Of a stretch of 60,122 bases of DNA, positions 57,071-60,122 are shown piece by piece. The stretch spans positions 1 through 60,122 of the forward strand of contig JBFMCO010000056.1 of assembly GCA_040754495.1 (NCBI GenBank), given 5' to 3'. The notes beneath the pieces are model-generated. The model did not search any database, was not told where the DNA came from, and saw only the letters and a program-made list of their open reading frames with translations. Both the position numbers and the translations under genes were made by a program. Each line of letters opens with the position of its first letter. Within the stretch, counting starts at the first letter, position 1. The stretch is from Candidatus Micrarchaeota archaeon (GTDB lineage: Archaea > Micrarchaeota > Micrarchaeia > Anstonellales > Bilamarchaeaceae).

Positions 57071-57328
57071 ATGGATAAGTTCAACGTCGCGGCCCAGGTA
57101 AAGATTTATGTTGACGACCCGGCCTCGCTGCCGGGTGTTAAGGCGGGCATAGAGAAGCTCGCAAAAGTGCAGAAGTTCTGGGAAGAGGATGTCGGCTTCG
57201 GCATCAAGGTCCTCAAAGCCAACCTTCTGCTTACTGACGACGAGGGCGGCATGGAGAAGCTCGAATCGTCCATCCGCAATCTCAAGGGAGTGAGCGAATT
57301 AGAGGTCGAGACAGTAACAAGGGTGTAA
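57071..57328 (+). CDS. ef1b: Elongation factor 1-beta
   Basis: EEDVGFGIKVL, DDEGGMEKLE, GVSELEV. Confidence 0.9.
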   Translation: MDKFNVAAQVKIYVDDPASLPGVKAGIEKLAKVQKFWEEDVGFGIKVLKANLLLTDDEGGMEKLESSIRNLKGVSELEVETVTRV

Positions 57329-57330
57329 TC

Positions 57331-57984
57331 ATGGTCAAGAAACAGGAGAAGAAGCCGGCTGCGCCGAAAAAGCCCGTGAAGGAGGAGAAAGAGGACTTCA
57401 GGGGCATAGTGCGCATCGCCGGGAAGGACGTGAAGGGAGAGGTCAGCCTGACAAGGGCCCTGACGCGCGTACGGGGCATCGGCCACACAATGGCGGTTGC
57501 CGCAGCCGCCATCGTAAGGGACGAGCTTTCGATAGACCCGAAGGGCCGGGTGGGAGACCTCAGCGAGGCCCAGATAGAAAGCATCGACAAGGTGCTTCAC
57601 AACCTAGAGAACCACAAGGTCCCGGCATTCCTGCTGAACCGCCGCGGCGATTTCGCGAGCGGCAACAACAGGCATATCATCATGAACGACCTCATATTCG
57701 AGACGTCGCAGGACGTCGACAGGGAGAAGAAGGCCAACAGCTGGATTGGCTATCGGCATACATACGGCCAGAAGGTGAGGGGCCAGCGCACAAGGAACAC
57801 CGGAAGGACCGGCATGGCGGTCGGAGTCCTGAGAAAGGCGATAATCGCCGCCCAGGGCGGAGCTGCTGCAGGCGCCAAGCCGGGTGCTCCGGGAGCCGCT
57901 GCGGCCCCGGCAGCCGGTGCCAAGGCCCCTGCGGCGGCGCCGGCGGCAGCCGCGAAGCCTGCGGCGAAAGCGGAAAAGAAGTGA
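57331..57984 (+). CDS. rps13: 30S ribosomal protein S13
   Basis: FRGIVRIAGKD, LLNRRGD, GYRHTYGQKVRGQRTRNTGR. Confidence 0.96.
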   Translation: MVKKQEKKPAAPKKPVKEEKEDFRGIVRIAGKDVKGEVSLTRALTRVRGIGHTMAVAAAAIVRDELSIDPKGRVGDLSEAQIESIDKVLHNLENHKVPAFLLNRRGDFASGNNRHIIMNDLIFETSQDVDREKKANSWIGYRHTYGQKVRGQRTRNTGRTGMAVGVLRKAIIAAQGGAAAGAKPGAPGAAAAPAAGAKAPAAAPAAAAKPAAKAEKK

Positions 57985-57988
57985 TGCT

Positions 57989-58552
57989 ATGGGCGATCCT
58001 AGGAAGCTGCGGAACAAATATGAGCGCCCCAAAAAGCTTTGGGACGCAGACAGGCTGAAAGAGGAGAAGACGCTGAAGACAGAATACGGGCTGCGGAACA
58101 TGCGCGAGCTGTGGCGCTCCACAGCAGAGCTGAAGAAATACCGCAGGGAAGCCCGGCGCCTCCTCTCGCTCACCGAGGAAGAGAGGCGCGACGATGCGCG
58201 GAAGGTGCTCCAGAAGCTTGCACGGCTCGGTATCCTCAAGGAGGGGGCCGTCCTGGACGACGTCCTTTCGCTCGAGGTCAGGAATATCCTCGAGAGGCGC
58301 CTCCAGACGCTGGTGCTCCGCAAGGGCCTTGCGCGCACCGTTTCCCAGTCAAGGCAGCTGATCACCCATGGGTTCATAGCGATAAACGGAAGGAAGGTCA
58401 CTCGCCCGAGCTACGTAGTGAGCCTGGACGAGGAGCCGTCGCTTTCACACGCCCGCGAGATTGACATCAGCGTGAAGGCCCCTGAGGAGAAGCCTCCGGA
58501 GAAACCTGCCGAGGCGAAGGAGGAGAAGCCGGCCGAGCCGACTGCCGGCTGA
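57989..58552 (+). CDS. rps4: 30S ribosomal protein S4
   Basis: MGDPRK...[31 protein letters not shown]. Confidence 0.96.
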   Translation: MGDPRKLRNKYERPKKLWDADRLKEEKTLKTEYGLRNMRELWRSTAELKKYRREARRLLSLTEEERRDDARKVLQKLARLGILKEGAVLDDVLSLEVRNILERRLQTLVLRKGLARTVSQSRQLITHGFIAINGRKVTRPSYVVSLDEEPSLSHAREIDISVKAPEEKPPEKPAEAKEEKPAEPTAG

Positions 58553-58562
58553 AGGTGTTTTT

Positions 58563-59033
58563 ATGGTCGAGAAAACAGAAGAGCCTGCCAAGGCCGAGGC
58601 GCCAAAGCCTCCGGCCGAGGCGCCGAAGGAAGAAGTGAGGAAGCCGAGGAAGATCCGGCTCGCCGTAGTCCATGTATACTCCTCCAAGAACGACACGATA
58701 ATAACCGCAACGGACGTCAGCGGCGCCGAGACGCTCGCATGGGCGAGCGGCGGCATGGTCGTCAAGTCCCACCGCGAGGAAGGCAGGCCGTATGCGGCCA
58801 TGCAGGCCGCGCTGAGGGTCGTCAACAGCCTGAAGGAAAAGGGCATCACGCACGTTCATGTGAGGATACGCGCCCCCGGCGGCGTCGGGATGAAGACTCC
58901 CGGAGCCGGAGCCCAGGCCGTCGTCAGGACGATAGCCAGGACCGGGGTCCGCATAGGCAGGATTGAGGACGTCACTCCCTTGCCCACCGATTCGATGAAG
59001 AGGAAGGGCGGCAGAAGAGGAAGAAGAGTATGA
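58563..59033 (+). CDS. rps11: 30S ribosomal protein S11
   Basis: [37 protein letters not shown]. Confidence 0.96.
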   Translation: MVEKTEEPAKAEAPKPPAEAPKEEVRKPRKIRLAVVHVYSSKNDTIITATDVSGAETLAWASGGMVVKSHREEGRPYAAMQAALRVVNSLKEKGITHVHVRIRAPGGVGMKTPGAGAQAVVRTIARTGVRIGRIEDVTPLPTDSMKRKGGRRGRRV

Positions 59034-59731
59034 AGCTTGTCCTTGATAAGAAGCAGGGCAACAGGATAGAAGTCATCGCCAAGGGCACAGGCACATCGTT
59101 TGCCAACATGGTGCGCCGGTACTCGCTGTCGCGCATACCTGTCCTCGCCATCGAGGCGGTCACGTTCTATGACAATTCGACCGCTTTCTGGGACGAGTAC
59201 ATCGCGCACAGGCTCGGCCTTATGCCGATAACGACGCCCGCCAACGTCCCGGAGAGCACCGAGGTCGTGTTCTCCCTGGATGCCGAGGGGCCGAAGGTCG
59301 TGTACGCTTCTGACATGGTGAGCTCGGACAAGGAAATAACCGTCGCGAAAGGGAACATCCCGATTGTGACTCTCGGGCCGAACCAGCACCTGCGCTTCGA
59401 GGGCAAGGCGGTGCTCGGCAACGCGATGAAGCACGCGAAGTTCCAGGCCGGGCTCCTCAGCTACGGCGTTGAGAATGATGGCCTGCGCATCATGGTGGAG
59501 AGCTTCTTCCAGATGGAGCCCGCCGAAGTCGTAACGCGCTCATGCGACATGATCGAGGCCGACATCGAGGCAATAGAGGCCGCGCTCGGCAAGAAGAGCG
59601 AGAAAAAGAAGAAGCCGGCCAAGAAAAAGGCTCCGAAGGAGAAAGAATCCAAGGAGAAGGAAGCCGAAGAAGAAAAGCCGAAAGAGAAGAAGAAGGAATC
59701 CAAGGAAGAAGCAGAAGAGAAGAAAGAGTAA
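59030..59731 (+). CDS. rpoD: RNA polymerase subunit Rpo3 (D)
   Basis: [37 protein letters not shown]. Confidence 0.95.
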   Translation: MKLVLDKKQGNRIEVIAKGTGTSFANMVRRYSLSRIPVLAIEAVTFYDNSTAFWDEYIAHRLGLMPITTPANVPESTEVVFSLDAEGPKVVYASDMVSSDKEITVAKGNIPIVTLGPNQHLRFEGKAVLGNAMKHAKFQAGLLSYGVENDGLRIMVESFFQMEPAEVVTRSCDMIEADIEAIEAALGKKSEKKKKPAKKKAPKEKESKEKEAEEEKPKEKKKESKEEAEEKKE

Positions 59732-59839
59732 TCGGTGGTCGGCTTCGATCACTTACCCTTATTTTCAAAGTTCCTGCGGAGTAAAACCTAAGGAAGTTTG
59801 ATAGAAAATTTACCCGGGGTTCTCCGGAGGAAATTTTCT

Positions 59840-59923
59840 GCAGGGGTGGCAGAGCGGTCAAATGCGCCAGCTTGAGGGGCTGGTGGGTTAGTCCCTTCGA
59901 GAGTTCAAATCTCTTCCCCTGCA
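59840..59923 (+). tRNA. tRNA-Leu(GAG), intronless
   Basis: GCAGGGG/CCCCTGC, A73; CCAGC-TTGAGGG-GCTGG; long variable arm; GAGAG-TTCAAAT-CTCTT. Confidence 0.92.
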
Positions 59924-60000
59924 TACTACTTCAAGCTCAGGTCTTCCCGATTTGGGCATAATTCTGCCCCAAGGGGCACGAACCCTAAAAAGTTATCTTA

Positions 60001-60122
60001 TAGTCTAGGACAAAATTAGACGAACTTTTATAAATTGTCCTCCGTAGATACTATCTATGGTCTGGCATCTACCAAAAGGAGATGAATTCCTCCCCAAAAT
60101 ATCCGTTGAAGAGTTAAGGCAA
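60001..60122 (+). mobile_element. Left (5') end of an IS630-like insertion sequence
   Basis: Begins TAGTCTAGGACAAAATTAGACGAAC, the inverted-repeat partner of 97..123; an ORF starts at 60057. Confidence 0.72.
60057..60122 (+). CDS. Probable transposase N-terminus (runs off the window)
   Basis: MVWHLPKGDEFLPKISVEELRQ, 56 nt inside the IS left end. Confidence 0.55.
   Translation, partial: MVWHLPKGDEFLPKISVEELRQ

Noticed and set aside
1-60122. Composite transposon or circular 60-kb element between the IS halves
   Set aside because: The cargo is core chromosomal (ribosomal proteins, rpoD, smc), so an assembly break is simpler.
1-60122. CRISPR array, rRNA, DGR or integrase
   Set aside because: No regularly spaced 25-40-nt repeats, rRNA signatures, RT or recombinase motifs seen.

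Overview
GC-rich archaeal chromosomal segment. The archaeal information-processing genes, Cys-rich surface proteins and non-canonical tRNA introns suggest DPANN, probably Micrarchaeota (inference). Both window ends are halves of an IS630-like element, so this may be a whole contig broken at IS repeats. Core genes: smc, nadM, Lsm, aIF-5A, rps24e, rps27ae, kae1, hjc, a Zn-finger/aEF-1beta/rps13/rps4/rps11/rpoD/tRNA-Leu block, an agmatine deiminase operon, and a compact modified (Aeropyrum-type) mevalonate cluster (mvk, two-subunit AcnX dehydratase, UbiD/UbiX, ipk). Accessory content: a bacterial-like island (FGE-family lipoprotein, PD40 propeller, Pkn2-type kinase), a five-gene modular lipoprotein array divergent from a TrmB gene, orphan receiver proteins, and two giant tandem beta-helix surface proteins. 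The strongest signal is invisible in the ORF track: three intron-split tRNA genes in apparent intergenic gaps. They are tRNA-Ala(GGC) with a 59/60 intron, tRNA-Thr(GGU) with a 15/16 intron, and tRNA-Arg(GCG) with a D-loop intron plus a 184-nt 37/38 intron. The Thr and Arg introns share a 31-nt hairpin element in opposite orientation. The Ala intron and the Arg D-loop intron are built from an ACCGGAA-like heptamer also scattered in intergenic spacers. All annotation was done by eye; no database searches were run.
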